Positions 34,916 through 51,038 of a DNA stretch of 64,000 nucleotides are shown here, piece by piece (position 1 is the stretch's first letter; the number at the start of each line of letters is the position of its first letter). The position numbers and the translations under genes were made by a program. Under the pieces are notes generated by a model. It did no database searches, was not told the origin of the DNA, and saw only the letters and a program-made list of their open reading frames with translations. Source of the DNA: Eledone cirrhosa (lineage: Eukaryota); contig OZ024744.1 of assembly GCA_964016885.1 (NCBI GenBank), positions 37,262,001 through 37,326,000 on the forward strand, written 5' to 3'.

Positions 34916-37900
34916 TTGTTGTTTGAAACTCCCTTTGAATTCTACTTCCTTCCCCTATCTTGCCGTGACACCTGAGGCAAAACTTGATAATATACGCATT
35001 TTACAATCAATTGTCACACACATGATGGCGCAAAGGCACATACAACAGTCTATTTGCGAGGTTTTTAAATTGATAATTCTCTTCTCTGGACATGGACAAG
35101 CGCCAGTCAGCACTATTTCTGTATTTCTTGCAGCAAAGGCTTTCCAGATATTTTTCAGTTCCTCTTTTTATCATTTCAAGTGCACCAACTATCATTAGTA
35201 TTGTTCAGGCTTTAAAATTCCACATTTTCTCAATTTCAATTGATAGATTTTTATATTTACTGAGCTTTCCGAAATCTTTCCAGGAGATGTTACGATCTGA
35301 AACATGTTTTGCTTTTATGGTCCTTCACAATTATAACAGGGTTGTTGGTTTTGATTGTTCTGTCAGTATTCATAGGGAAATCCCATAGGATAGATACATT
35401 CTCGTTTCCTATTACTGCATCTATGTGATGGTTATATCATTTTCCCTGTTTTTATACCATAAAACTTACATGTTATTCAATGTAAATAGTGCCCAACTCT
35501 ATCACGTAGCATTTTATATTCCCGTGGAGCTAATACGCTGTAGCCTGAAACCAGTTGCTCTCAACATGCTTATTGCAACATTGACACTTTGAGTCAGTTC
35601 GATTTCTACTCATATTGGCTTGGATATTGCGTATTGAAAGACACTGGTTTTGTGCAGCCAAAATGAAGCCTTCATTTTCAACTTTTAGCCCAGAACTCCG
35701 CAGCCACTGATAGATGAAAGTTTCATCTACATCTTCTTTGCTAAGGAGAAGATATTGCCTATGCAGTGTTTTTGCTCTCATTTAGTGCACAGTTTGCTTT
35801 GCAAACATTTTGGTGTTTTTGCGGCTTTAATAGCACATTCGCCATCATTTTCAAAATGTATTCCCAGTCCTTTCGCAAACTTCCTACTTTCCTTTGTGAC
35901 TGAATGCAATTCCTTCTTCCTTTCCTGAGCTGCAACCATTTGCAGCATACAATCATATGAAGTTTTAAGCTACTGATGCAGTGCAATGATTAATATATTG
36001 TATGACAGATGAAGCTGAATTATTCAATTACCTCCCCTTCTTTCTAGGAAGTTAGAGGCGATCCACATATGCTTTTGAGGTCAAACGTTTCCTGATTTTG
36101 GTGTCCATTTTCTTTATTTATCTAACGTTCCAATTTTTGATATTGAAACTAGGATTGCAAAAGCATTTATGGCAGATATTTTATTCTTTCAGTTGAGCTC
36201 AGTTTTTAAGACAGTACGTACTCCCTGGTAGCATACCTTCCAGATTCTCTCTTTCATGCTGGCATGGTGAATACCTTGGCCTTCATTGATCCATAGATAT
36301 CTGTAGGTTTGTTCCTGTTCTATTTTCCTAATTAAAGTATTCACATATATTTCCATTGAGTTTGTGCTTGTCATTCTGCCTTTCTTGAACGTTGCTTTTG
36401 CGCATTTTTCCAATCCAAACTCCATCCCCACATGATCTTTGAACACCTTCACTGTCTTCAGCTTCCAATTCGTTATCATTTTTAGCATACATCACAAGTC
36501 ATATAAAACAGAAGATTTATAGTTTTGCTGTCTATTTTGTAGCCATATTTTGTTTTGTTGAGCGCTAAAGACAGCGGTGTGAGTGCAATGCAAAATATCA
36601 GAGGAGAAAAGGAATCACCTTGAAAAATACCAAACTTAATACTTATGTTGTTGGAATTTACAATTCCATCACTGTGTGACAGTAATAAATGTGTATTTCA
36701 GGAAGTATGATATTACTGGAGAAAGTTTCAGAACACCCAATCTTTTAAAATCCATAAGTGGGGAACACTGCCGAATGCTTTTTTGTAGTTAATCCAAGCA
36801 GTACTCAGATTTCTAAACTTTTTATGAATCATGCGGTTAATGAGAAGTTGATCTCTGCAACTGTAAGATCCACAGCGGCCAGCTTTCTGCTCAATAGGGA
36901 AAGGATAAATTTATCGAAATCAGGAAATTTACATTTGTTTGCTTTCTTTAGTGCCAACTCCAGTTCTTCCGAAGTTATGTCATGCCAAGTTTGCCTCTCT
37001 AAATTATTGTCTCTTCCATCTTCTTCATCCATTCTCCATTCTCATTACAGAGTTTTTCTGTACTCCATACTGTTTTCCAGATTCCTTCAATTTCATGAAT
37101 TGAAGGTGGTTCCTTTACTTGAATTGTCCGTGTTCCAATTTCCCTGCAAAATCATTTTGCATTTGAAATAAAAAGCTTATTTTGCCCATAAAACCTGTTT
37201 CGTTTTTCAAATCCTCTGATCCTTTCAGCTGTACTTTCTGTTTCAGGTTTTTTTTTATTGGAATATCAGGTTTTGAAGTTTCATTGTATTTCTTAATCAC
37301 TTTCCTTCCTTTTCTTAACTTGACAAATTTCCCAACACATATTTCATCCAGGATCGATATATCTCCTGTCGTCATTTCAATTTCTTTCTCAACTGTTAAC
37401 GTCCAGGGTGGTTTTTTGTGAGTGTTGTGTCTTTTTTGCTTTTTCTTTAACCCACATTTCCTCTCTATTACCGTTGGTGCTGCATAAATAACCTCATTTT
37501 GTACTGATATATCAGGCTCCATCTCTTAAATTATGGCTTTAACAGCCCGATTGCCAGTTCTTATGTGTTTTATTTATTTTATTTATTTTTTTTTTTTTTT
37601 TGTATTCTGGTTGTTGCTTGTCAATTTTTGCAAGGACTCTCTTTCACCCATACTAATGTTGTTGTTTTTTTTCAAGTTCATTGAGAATTTCTAATTTTGT
37701 TTTTCTATCTGATCTACCTTCGTTCATATTGTCAATCTGTCCTTCAGCTTGACCCTGCTCTGTTGTGTTTATGATACCCTCAATGTTCCGTGAAATTTTT
37801 CCTGGTGGCAACATAGTCAATACATTTTGCGGTGTCTCTTCTATCTTTTTCAGCATTCTTTTTAATTTAACATTGCAGCTGTTAGTCTCTTGTTTCTAAG

Positions 37901-38085
37901 AATATCTCCTCTTACATTTGCAAGTTTATTTTCGTCCAGGTTTGGTTTTCTTTCTTTCTCTCCATACCCTGAAATAATATATTGTATGTTAATTCCGATG
38001 GTTTGCCGAATAAGTGATAGAATATGTATATCACTTCTTTATACTTTTCTCGAGTTCATTTGATACGCTCAGTTATTTATCTTCC
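34916..38085 (-). mobile_element. Heavily decayed near-full-length R4/Dong-clade element (R4-3)
   Basis: Fragments MIVGALE, YQWLRSSGLKVENEGFILAAQNQCL..CQCC, MEFGLEKCAK..YRYL, GIFQGDSFSP (about 36605-36635), WHDITSEELELALKK, KKPPW, N-terminal motif near 38020-38060. Confidence 0.85.
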
Positions 38086-38109
38086 TTGTGTTGCTGAACT
38101 TGGACGGCT

Positions 38110-38318
38110 TGGGTTGAGCGTCGGACAACATGCTTCGCGGCATAGAGTTACGGGCCTTTACGTTCTGTGTTCAAATCCCACCGAGGTTAGCTTTGCTTTT
38201 CATTCTTACGGGGTCGGTAAAATAAAGTACCAGTAATACACTGGGGACGATTTCATCGATTTTCCCCTCCCCTTCAAATTGCTGGCTTTGTGCCTAAAGT
38301 AGAAACAATTATTATTAT
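38110..38318 (+). mobile_element. Nin/Deu-domain SINE followed by (CAT)n tract to about 38510
   Basis: B box, Nin domain, tail gctggctttgtgcctaaagtagaaacaattattatt. Confidence 0.87.
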
Positions 38319-38947
38319 CATCATCATCACCATCATCATCATCATCGTCATGGCCATCGCCAATATCATCATCAGAATCATCATATCATCACCACCGCCA
38401 CTGCTATCACCACCACCATCACCATCATTATCATCACCATCACCATCACTGTCATCATTACGATGATGATGATGATGATCATCATCATCATCATCGTCAT
38501 CATCATCACCTTTTCGCGACTTTCTGTGTTACTTATGGTTATTTATGACTCCAGCTTGGGCTTAACACAAGCTTAAACATGGAAAACGACTGCAACTTTT
38601 CTCATTTTCTCAGACAGGAATTCTTTAAGAATATGTGCAGCCTCTAAAGCCACTGGTTTTGGAAGAGTAGTCATCCCCATACACTATGTTGAGGTTTTTC
38701 AAGTGGAAATTTGGTGGGATTGACCCCAAAGCACGTTGGATCACAGAAATGATGCGTATCTATTCCTTCCACATCCTTGTTATTTCTATCCTAAATTCGG
38801 GGTAACTCCTAAATTCTCATTTGTCTATTCACTGTGTGTCTATAAAATATTTTATGGCATTTTCCTGTGTCTGTGGGGACGTTTCTCTCGTGAATACAGA
38901 AGAAAGTTTCAATTACACAGTTCCGATTCTATTCTATGACAATTTAG

Positions 38948-39075
38948 TGCAGGCGCGTATGTTAGAGGCTAGAGAGTTGGATACACAAGCGTGAGGTTGC
39001 AAGTTCAATTCTCGGACTGGGTGATACGTTGTGCCCTTGAGTAAGACATTTTATTTCACGTTGGTCCTTCTGCCT
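38948..39075 (+). mobile_element. 5' fragment of a CORE-like tRNA SINE
   Basis: tRNA-like head with gttcaattc box then gttgtgcccttgagtaagacattttatttcacgttg; related to 45890-46208. Confidence 0.6.
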
Positions 39076-39569
39076 GTAGATATTATCAGTAATGGAAAGA
39101 TCCATGGAAACACTGTTTCCTTGTTCCGATCTGACAAAGTCCACCTCGCTCCATCAACCAATGATCTCCATCCATCCCAACCACCACCCTCTCCTAACAC
39201 CAGAAAATATATAAATACCACCACATTACTTGGACAGTCGCCTTCCTGATGATTTCTCCCGAATGAAACAGTTGTAGTCCTGTAGCCATTTCTATATTAT
39301 ATATATATATATAGTTACCCAGAATATATTACATGGATAGCAATGATATCACATTCACACGTAAAGGATATAAAACGGATACCAATATAGATACGGGTAT
39401 ATATCGATTTTAACTGAAGGATATATATTCCGTCACTCGCTGTCTCATTATATTCACAAACAAGATTATTTCGTATGGCATGAGTACACAAACATGTAGA
39501 ATTTGAGTTGCAAGAAAGCAATTATGGATGGCAATAATACTAATAAAACATGTTGCACAAATGTAATAT

Positions 39570-39610
<41 letters not shown>

Positions 39611-39850
39611 AATATATGTGTGTGTGTGTATATATATATATATAATATTTTGTTTGACCTGTTTAGCTTGCTTCGTCTTTTTGGCTTAGGTGGTTGATGG
39701 CTTCTTGACCGCCATCTCAGTTTGTTTGGCCTTATAACCTATGTTTATTGCTCTGGTCTTTAGTAGTCCATGGAGCGCTTGCCAGCATAACTCGGATATT
39801 GCGTTTCGCTTTGTTTTCGACAACAGCCGAAATTCGATGTCGCTGAAATT

Positions 39851-39913
<63 letters not shown>

Positions 39914-40122
39914 AAAGTGAGTGTTTTTTTACAAATTGAAAAATAACCGAGGTGTCCTACACGAGTGAACGTATAAAGAAATAAAGATGAAATCGAATTT
40001 TAAAAAAATATATATATTTATTCGGTTCCTTAAATTTGGTTCCTTAAATCGAATTTATATATTTATACTTTTTTTAAAATAAGACTCCAGTTGCATTTTC
40101 GATTTCATCTTTTTTTTCTCTG

Positions 40123-40495
<373 letters not shown>

Positions 40496-40521
40496 GAGAG
40501 AGATTTAAATGTAATATAATG

Positions 40522-40552
<31 letters not shown>

Positions 40553-40679
40553 GGTATCCACTGTAAGTTGTGGGGTCTATTCTGTATGAAGAACTCAATG
40601 TAATCCATATGTTGAAAATGTTGTAGGTTAAAATAAATCTCAGAAAACAGTAAAACAGTAAAAGGAAAACAGAGTCATG

Positions 40680-41406
40680 ATATAAGTTAAAACCATGAAA
40701 TAAAAAAATCAAGTCATTAGAGATATACTTCACTGCTTTACGATCGTTTCTAGATGGTGATAATACATTGTATCTATACTCAGTTATTATTTACCACACC
40801 GTACTATATTTTGTTGGTTCAGTTGTATATTATGGCATTACTATATCACATTATCTTATTATAATTTTCATCTTTTAATATACTATCTTTCCTAGCCATA
40901 ACATTAATTTATATTCACCTTAAAACTCAATACAACACTAATCACCATTTATGTTGACATTCCTTTTAAATTCACTATACAAGATACATTCAACTATCAG
41001 TTTGACAATCCCCTTCCTTCCTAATAGATTTTTATACCATTTCTACTAACACCCTTCAACCATTCCTTTCAAAGGGTCATGAGCTCAACTAAAGTGTATT
41101 ACTTTTCATCTTAACACCATACGAAAACTACAATTTGATTCGTTAGTTCTTCAACTACCTCCAATTAAGGACATGCTACTAATATGCTACTAATTCTGAG
41201 TCAAATTATTATTGAATAAAATTATTATTGCTTTTGAAAACAGCTGGGGATATTCATGTAAGTAAATATTTTCTCTATCTGATAGTTTGTAAATTTACAT
41301 AGATCAATAACTGAGTATAGATACAATGTATTATCACCATCTAGAAACGATCGTAAAGCAGTGAAGTATATCTCTAATGACTTGATTTTTTATTTCATTG
41401 TTTTAA

Positions 41407-41413
<7 letters not shown>
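40680..41413 (+). mobile_element. PLE-like remnant with about 108-bp inverted pLTR copy
   Basis: 40680-40788 pairs with 41306-41413 almost perfectly; hammerhead in the right arm; (TA)n flank. Confidence 0.8.
41227..41362 (+). ncRNA. Hammerhead motif with U3-A8 core and long stem II
   Basis: ATTGCTT-TTGAAAA-[about 100 nt, imperfect stem II]-GAAA-CGATCG-T-A-AAGCAGT; helix III ACGATCGT is a perfect palindrome. Confidence 0.6.
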
Positions 41414-41467
<54 letters not shown>

Positions 41468-41472
41468 GAAAT

Positions 41473-41669
41473 ATAATTGTTTCTACTTTTGACTCAAGGC
41501 CAGCAATTATCCCAGTGCATTTTATCCTGATGCTTTATTTTATCGACCCCGAAAGGATGAAAGGCAAAGTTAACCTCGGCGGGATTTGAACTCAGACCAT
41601 AAAGGGCCATAACACTTTCCTGCAAAGCATGGCGCCCGACCCTCTACCTATACTGCCAATCAACCGTCC
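41473..41669 (-). mobile_element. Nin/Deu-domain SINE, full length
   Basis: Reverse complement of the family sequence seen at 54284-54476. Confidence 0.9.
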
Positions 41670-41878
41670 TGATATAACAATACATATTTATAAATGTGAA
41701 AACTAAGGAACAGATGTGTCTTTAAACGTAAACATATATATATATATATATCTATATATCTATATATCTATATCCAAAATTAAGATAATCAAAATGATGG
41801 GTGTCATGCCAGAAAGACATGCGCCATATCACCCGCAAAATAAGCTCTAAGATTCTAACGAATAGGTCCGAGCATTTT

Positions 41879-42035
41879 ATAATAACTAGAAATTGATTAA
41901 CATATAAATAAACATTAATAATCTGGTTAACTTTATTTAGTTACCTACCTAGCTATGTGTGGTTACACACTTGTAAAAATTATCTCCTGTGATTATTCAT
42001 GTTTATTTATATGTTAATCAATTTCTAGTTATTAT
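41879..42035. repeat. 37-bp perfect inverted repeat ending in (TA)n
   Basis: ataataactagaaattgattaacatataaataaacat (41879-41915) pairs with 41999-42035. Confidence 0.85.
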
Positions 42036-42149
42036 ATATATATATCTAAATGTGTGTGAACGGTTGTACTATTGTGGTGTATAATTAAATATGTTAACGT
42101 ATGTTATATGTGTTATATGACAGTTTACTTGATAAAATACACACTCGAA

Positions 42150-43945
<1,796 letters not shown>

Positions 43946-44471
43946 CAGATAGAAGATAAGCATACCTTAACACACAATTTATATGTGTATATTATTTGTA
44001 AGTCTATATGTGGTTGCGCATGAGCAGACCATACGCATAGCTGCTCTTTTAAGCAGCAATATAGTATGCTATTTTGTCTGAAAATCGTTTCGCATCTGAA
44101 ATATTTCTTATGAAATCGATTCAAAGGCATTGATTCCAAATGTTTTTTAATTGGTTCTCTAGGAGAATTCGTTCCTTGCTTATACGCAAGAATGCCGCAT
44201 GCTGTGATTTGAACTGCTTCAGTGGAACCAACTAAAATTTCAGCTAATTTTTGTTTGGTTTTTGTGTTATTTTATTATTTTTTTGTTGTTGTTGTTGTTG
44301 TTATCCTATTTACCTGGCTTGCAGTTTATGTATTTCTTTTGAAACTTTACCATTAACTGTTATTGTTTAATGCCAGGAATTTGAACTCAAAGAAACATTC
44401 GCTAATGTCATTGTTATGAACGTTGTTATTGTTGTTGTTGTTGTTTTTCATGATGTTTATATGGTTGAATT

Positions 44472-44509
<38 letters not shown>

Positions 44510-45889
44510 TGTGGTGGTGGTGGTGGTGGTTACCTATTGTCTTTGTTCATTGTCCTTGTTAAATATTTTGTTTGGCACATACAGACTCACACACTCACAC
44601 ACACACACACACACTCACACACACTCACACTTACACACACACATGCGTATATATACTACTAAGAGCGAATGGTTATAGATACCCGTAAAAATACATGTAC
44701 CCTTATGGTTGATTGGATGATAAAGACATCTTCTGATGAGAGTCCAATAAGATTTGTAAATGGATTAAACATGTTTATATTTTTTTCAAATAACATGGAA
44801 GTTAGTATTGCCTGGCATGTTTACTTATTTACATATTAGATATGTGTATATATTTATACACATTAGTGTAATCTCGGTTACCCACTCTGGATGGGGAGAG
44901 GATAATTTAGAATGGAACCGTGTTGACTATGAACATCTCAAGCAGTATGGTCGTAAGGGCCTTGAGTCTGGTTTGTCTAAGTATCTTGTCATACAGGTTG
45001 ATTTAACCTGTCAAGAATGTGGCAGGTAATCTCTAAATTGGGTGAGCTTTGGAAGTCATCGGAGAAGGTACGTACACAAGGACACTGTCAACTGGGCATC
45101 GTAAGGCATGTCTGTTTGAGATGTGTGTGGAAAAAAGTGTGCCATAGATGGTGGACTGTAACGTCATTTGAAAGTGCACCAAAATAGGACGGTAACACCT
45201 ACTGTGAGAGGACTCCATTGTTCCAGCATCTGTGCAAGGGTGTGCAAGTCCCTAACAGGACTATAGAGACACATCTGTGCTGCTTATGATTAAGTGTCAA
45301 GCGATAGCATTACTCGAAATCGAGTTACAGCCATCATCTTGTATATATGTATGTGTTAATGTATGTGTTTATGTATGTATGTGTGCATGTATGTATTTAT
45401 GTATGTATATGTATGCATATGTATGCATATGTATGTATATGTATGCATAAATGTATATTTTTTGCCTCTGAGTATGTTTTTTAATTTATGATGTTGTTAT
45501 GGAGATATAGTATATGTATTATAGGCTGAACACCCGAGTATCACTGACTTATGGGTGCCTGTCGAACAGCTGTTGCAATTTTCAGGGTGGATATAACTAT
45601 TAACTGAGACCAGTGTGCGGATTTCCTCAAAATATCACTTTTATTTTTAAACACTGGCAATTCTCCTCCGTCTAATGGCTGTGATGGAAAGAGAACGTGT
45701 GATGGGCAAATTCTAAAGGAGTGGCAGGACAGGTAATTCATTCCCCATTGGCATATCCACATCAACATCTTCAAGGTGTCATTGAAGAGAAAGGCAGTTT
45801 GGAGATGGAAATTCAGCTCTCCATTTCATTTTCTGTGTGGTGTGTGAAAATGACAAAAATGAGCTGCATTAATAGACAGGGTAAAGACC

Positions 45890-46208
45890 CCCTACGGTCA
45901 CGAATGACCAAGGGATTTGCACCTAGAAAGTTCCCCTCCCAGGCAAAGTTGTTTGTGGAAGACCAGCAGTCACCCATGCATACCAATCTCCCATCTCCAC
46001 GCCACCGATGATGTCCTAGGGAAAGACAATGGCCGCTACAGTTTGGCTCCAGTGACGTCGCAACTCATTTCTACATCTAAGTAAACTGGAGTAACGTGAA
46101 GTAAAGTGTCTTGTACAAGGACACAACGCAGCACCCGGTCAGAGAAACGAACTCACAAGCTTTCGATTGCAAGCCCAATGCTTTAACCACCAAGCAATGC
46201 ACCCTCAC
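45890..46208 (-). mobile_element. CORE-like tRNA SINE
   Basis: Minus strand A-box-like ttgcttggtggttaaagc, gagttcgtttc, gtgtccttgtacaagacactttacttcacgtt; homologous to 63374-63663. Confidence 0.8.
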
Positions 46209-47049
46209 GTTAATAGACATATACACAGCATTAATGTTATTGGGAAAGATTTCCAGTTAGAGTACAGCTAATACAAAGTTACTGGCAGCGTGACAGGTCT
46301 CTGCAAGATAGGTGAGAGAGAACCGTCCCTAAACAGTCAAGCAGAGATGGCAAATGCATACATTGGCTCTGTTATTTATTATTTACAGCCAATGCATTGC
46401 TCCTATTTTCATGTAACATTGAATATTTTGCATAGTTTTAATACCCCTTACAATCAAACTTAACAAAAACAAGTTATGGTTATAACAACAGGAAAATAAG
46501 CTATCTAGTTTATTTTACGGTAATGATGAGCTTGAAGGACTTTTACATACATAGAAAGCATTCAGTGATGACATCAGGATAGAATTAGGGCTTGATAAAT
46601 TTGCCAAGGCCACTTTCAAGAAAGTAAAGTCAATAAATTCAAATTCAGTCGAACTAAATGTTGAAATAGTTATAAACAACTTGAGAGGGACAAATCTACA
46701 ATTGCCTAGGATTAAATGAAGGTTCCAGCATTCAGCATACAAGCCACTATCGTTGCCAGAATGATAATCATCTATGTGATATTTTACTTAATTTTATTAG
46801 ATTATATTCCATAATTACTAGAACTCTAGTATGATTGAATATCATTCTGTTGTAAATATGATTTTAAACAGATGTGTAAATGTATAAAGCAGATGATAAA
46901 CTTGTAACTGTGTAAAGTGTGTGACATGAACAATCTGGTGTATTTATTTTGTAGTGTATCAATGTATGTCGTGAGTTTCTCTGCCCTAGGTGTCGGGAAG
47001 ACACTTGGCAAGAAATGGAGCAAAAATGAAGGAAAAGGAAAAACATATA

Positions 47050-47242
47050 TAATAATTGCTTCTACTGTTGGCACAAGGCCAGCAATTATCCCAATGTATT
47101 ACTGGTACTTTATTTTATCGACCCCGTAAGGATGAAAGGGAAAGTTAACCTCGGCGGGATTTGAACTCAGATCATAAAGGGACGTAACTGTGCAGCAAAG
47201 CATGACGTCCGACCCTCTACCGATACTGCCAATCTACCGCCC
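47050..47242 (-). mobile_element. Nin/Deu-domain SINE, full length
   Basis: Family match; tail abuts an R4-type 3' UTR tail-to-tail. Confidence 0.9.
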
Positions 47243-47780
47243 TAAAACAGAAATAATAATAATAACTCACATGCCTCCGTATGCATCACCCTAAATAGGA
47301 CGTTGAGCGACTCTACCTGCCCAGAACTGAGGGAGGCATGGGTCTACTTCAATTGGAGATGTCGTACAAGACAACAACAATTGGCCTACATTAATATCTT
47401 AAAGAAAGCAAAGATTAGATAATGAAGGCAGTAAAACAATATGCCCCCCCCCCCCCGATTTACACTATAATTAAAGAAAGCACCAAATATAACCATGAAA
47501 TAAATCTGAACACAGCTTTGATACACGAAACTCCTCTATCGACAACAGTGGCAAGAAAGACGACAGAAATATGAGCAAAGGAGGCAACCCTTCAGCAAAT
47601 GAAGACAAAATGTCAAAATAAATGTTTACATATCAATACTTGACTCGAACTATACAAGCTGATTTAAAGACCCATCAATGGCAGTTAATGACTGAAAGTC
47701 GTAACAGAATGTTTCACATAAGCTGCACACGACCCAATGCCTTGGCTTAAAAAAATATTAGGCAAACTTACAGGGAAAAC

Positions 47781-47960
47781 ATAATTGTTTCTACTTTAGG
47801 CACAAGGCCAGCAATTATCCAGTGCATTACTGGTACTTTATTTTATCGACCCCGTAAGGATGAAAGGCAAAGTCAACCTCGGCGGGATTTGAACTCAGAT
47901 CGTAAAGGGACGTAACTATGCTGGAAAGCATGGCGTCAAACCCTCTACCGATACTGCCAA
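47781..47960 (-). mobile_element. Nin/Deu-domain SINE
   Basis: Family match; inserted in R4-4. Confidence 0.9.
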
Positions 47961-48915
47961 AATGATTCAAAATGAAGGTTCTGCGATAGAAATACAGAAC
48001 CAGTGGATCACCTAGTGTATGTCTGTACCTCCTTAACACTGGATGAATAAAATGAGAGTGTGGGTCAGTATATCCACTGGAAAATATGTAAATTCTATGA
48101 AAAAGAAACAATACCATTCATATCCAGTAACTAAATTGATAATGTTATAATACTGTGTGATTTCAGAATAAACACTGACAGAACAATCAAAGCGAACAGA
48201 TCAGATATCATAATCAAACATGAAAATAACAAAATGTGTTTCATGATAGACATGACAATATCTGCTGATTGCAATGTGTCTTATAAGGTATTTGAAAGAA
48301 ATTCAAAATAGTAGGGATCTTTTAATATATAGAGATTAAAAAGTGTGGTGCATTAAAGCCTCCTCTATTCTAGTTATATTTAGAGCACAAGGCCAGATAA
48401 ACAAGGGACAACTCTTGGATCATATACCAGGTAAACCTTATATAAAAGATATTCAGAACATCGGACTCACTAGTATTGCCCACATTTTGTGAAGGGCATT
48501 GTCAATAAAATCTAGGGAAAGGAAATCACGTTGTAACCTCTATGTGACTCACATCCATGTACAGAAGGTTGCATATTATCCATTATATTCAATTTTGGCT
48601 TTAGATGTGTTTATATTTGTAAAAGGAATTGGTTTTACAGACTATATGTGTCTATACATATTGTATATAGACCTTTTGAATCTATGAATATTCTGTGTGT
48701 GCTGGTGTCTGTGTGTATGTATGTGTATATCTGTGTATGGGATGTATTGTTGCTTGCTTTCTCAACCTCTCAACAACATACTGTCAGCTATCTATGGTAC
48801 TGAGAAAAAATGTGTCATAAGAAACTTTCAACCAACCCAGACACCTAGTTGAGACCCGGGTAGGGGAGAATGTATGTAAATGTACAAATATCCAAGGAAA
48901 TAATAATAATAATAA

Positions 48916-49460
48916 ATGCATCGATTGTCATGGTGATCATATAGAGCGTGCCAATATTCGGATGGAGAAAACATGAACTTAACGACATGGATGATCGATT
49001 AATATGATAAAAGCTGAAGGAGAAAGGAGCAATATGTTAAGAAAATGTCTGCATTGCGATTGTATATACAAAAAAGTATGGGTGGAAAGGGTGTTGTTGG
49101 AATAAAGGTATGTGTGGCGAGTGAACAGAGGACAATGGTTTTATATGTTGCAAGTAGTGAGAAAAATATTCTTCACTATTTTGGAAATGAGGCTGGACTA
49201 TGAAAAGAGCTTATTGAGAGCAGGAGTGATTACAAGTGGAGAATCATAAAAAAGAAAACTGGAAACAGAGAAGTGATGTTGTTTCATGGTCAGTTTGAGA
49301 GGAACAAAAATAGGTTTAACACAAGCAAATCATGGGATTGAATAACTAAGGGAGATTTGAAGCGGAAACAGGTTTTCCCAAGACCAGGCACTGTACATAA
49401 ACTCAGTACGGCATGATATTTACAATCAGGTAGATTCACAAAAGTGTAGGATGTTGGGGG
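48916..49460 (+). mobile_element. Decayed R4-clade internal fragment directly after the R4-4 (AAT)n tail
   Basis: RLYIQKSMGGKGVVGI, FHGQFER, TKGDLKR, QDQAL, SQKCRM remnants. Confidence 0.6.
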
Positions 49461-49482
49461 TCATTCTATTTTCTATGACGGC

Positions 49483-49598
<116 letters not shown>

Positions 49599-49749
49599 CT
49601 TTGGGAGGGTCATGTTGCCAATAAGAAACACACGCACCATTTGCTTTCATTTCAATTTATTATAATAAATTTATAAATTTAGGAATTTATAAATTTATAA
49701 ATTTCTGGTTGGTTGGTTGATTCCACAACCAGATAGTTGTTTATATATT

Positions 49750-49792
49750 GTCAAAGTTCTTTCGTCACACATTCTGTGACCTCATCAGTGAC
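49750..49792 (-). ncRNA. Minimal hammerhead ribozyme motif in the 3' pLTR
   Basis: Reverse complement of 50611-50653. Confidence 0.82.
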
Positions 49793-49992
49793 TGGGGATT
49801 CTTTTCTTTGTTTTTGTGCCTCTCTTTGTTCTGTCCTACGCCATTTTGTTTCTCTGTGTGTGTTGTGTGCTCAGTCTGCGCATGCGCCACATCCGGGTGT
49901 CTGTGTGTGTTTATATTTGTTTATTTATTTGTGTATTTACATGTTACCGGTTGGTTGTTTGTTCTATGTGTGTGTGTGTTTTCATTTTGTCC

Positions 49993-50325
49993 TTAATTGT
50001 AAGTTGTGATGTTGCTGTTCCACTCATATTTTCTATTTAATTTTGGTTGTAATTCTTTTATGTTTATTGCCTCTGTGATTTGTCTAAACATTGCGTCTTT
50101 TCTGTGTGTAGATTCTATTTTGATGTCTATGTTCTCTAATTTACCCTTATGTTCTATTTTAGCATGCTGGTAGAGTACAGATGATTCTTTACTATCTTGA
50201 AGGTCTCGCCAGTGTTCATTTATCCGTTCCCCTACACTAGGGGCTGTCTCACCTATGTACACTATATTTTTGTCTCTACATTGTCCTTCAGTACATGTTA
50301 TGCTATACACTACATTTCTAGTTTT
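49993..50325 (-). pseudogene. PLE GIY-YIG endonuclease domain (C-terminal fragment)
   Basis: VYSITC..C..VYIGET..ERINEH..SVLYQH..H..RQITEAINI..PKLN. Confidence 0.88.
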
Positions 50326-50610
50326 TCAGTTAATATGGGGGCTTATTTTACAGGTTATACATTTCTTATCTATACAGGGGTGTCTTTGAAAAGGGTATGT
50401 CTTGCTAATAAGTGTTTTTACGGAGGTACCTGGTCTTTCTACTATCTTAATATTGAGTTTATGTTCATCTAGGGCCCTTTTAAATTTGTAAGCTAATTCA
50501 CAAATTTAGAAGGGCCCACAACACACACACAGCACACAACACACACGCAGAAACAAAATGGCGTAGGACAGAACAAAGGAGAGGCACACAAACAAAGAAA
50601 AGAATCGCCA

Positions 50611-50653
50611 GTCACTGATGAGGTCACAGAATGTGTGACGAAAGAACTTTGAC
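50611..50653 (+). ncRNA. Minimal hammerhead ribozyme motif in the inverted pLTR
   Basis: GTCA-CTGATGA-G-GTCACA-gaatg-TGTGAC-GAAA-GAAC-T-T-TGAC. Confidence 0.82.
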
Positions 50654-50846
50654 AATATATAAACAACTATCTGGTTGTGGAACCAACCAACCAACCAGAA
50701 ATTTATAAATTTATAAATTCGTAAATTTATAAATTTATTATAATAAATTGAAATGAAAGCAACTGGTGCGTGTGTTTCTTATTGGCAACATGATCCTCCC
50801 AAAGTATAACAATATCGGTTTCAACACACGATTTCAGATAAAGATA

Positions 50847-50934
<88 letters not shown>

Positions 50935-50938
50935 CATA

Positions 50939-50970
<32 letters not shown>

Positions 50971-51038
50971 CATATATATTTATTTCAATAGAAAGTCTGA
51001 ATTCTGACACCCCAGCACACCAGCCATATTCACTGAAC

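Larger units (their letters stand above)
46500..48915 (+). mobile_element. Decayed R4-clade 3' half (R4-4), interrupted by two SINEs and an R4 3'-UTR piece
   Basis: FSDDIRIELGLDKFAKATF (about 46560), MHHPK.DVERLYLPRTEGG (about 47280), ILCDFRINTDRTIKANRSDII (about 48150); (AAT)n tail at 48899-48913. Confidence 0.8.

Noticed and set aside
34734-35198. Poly-Leu/Val membrane-like ORFs (also 52556-52948, 17796-18314, 62598-62889)
   Set aside because: Translations of (GTT/GCT)n repeats or antisense of N/Q-rich ORF1 regions
44728-44780. CTGATGA..GTCCA/TGGAT..TAAACATGT hammerhead remnant
   Set aside because: GAAA is broken and there is no stem I pairing; too decayed to call
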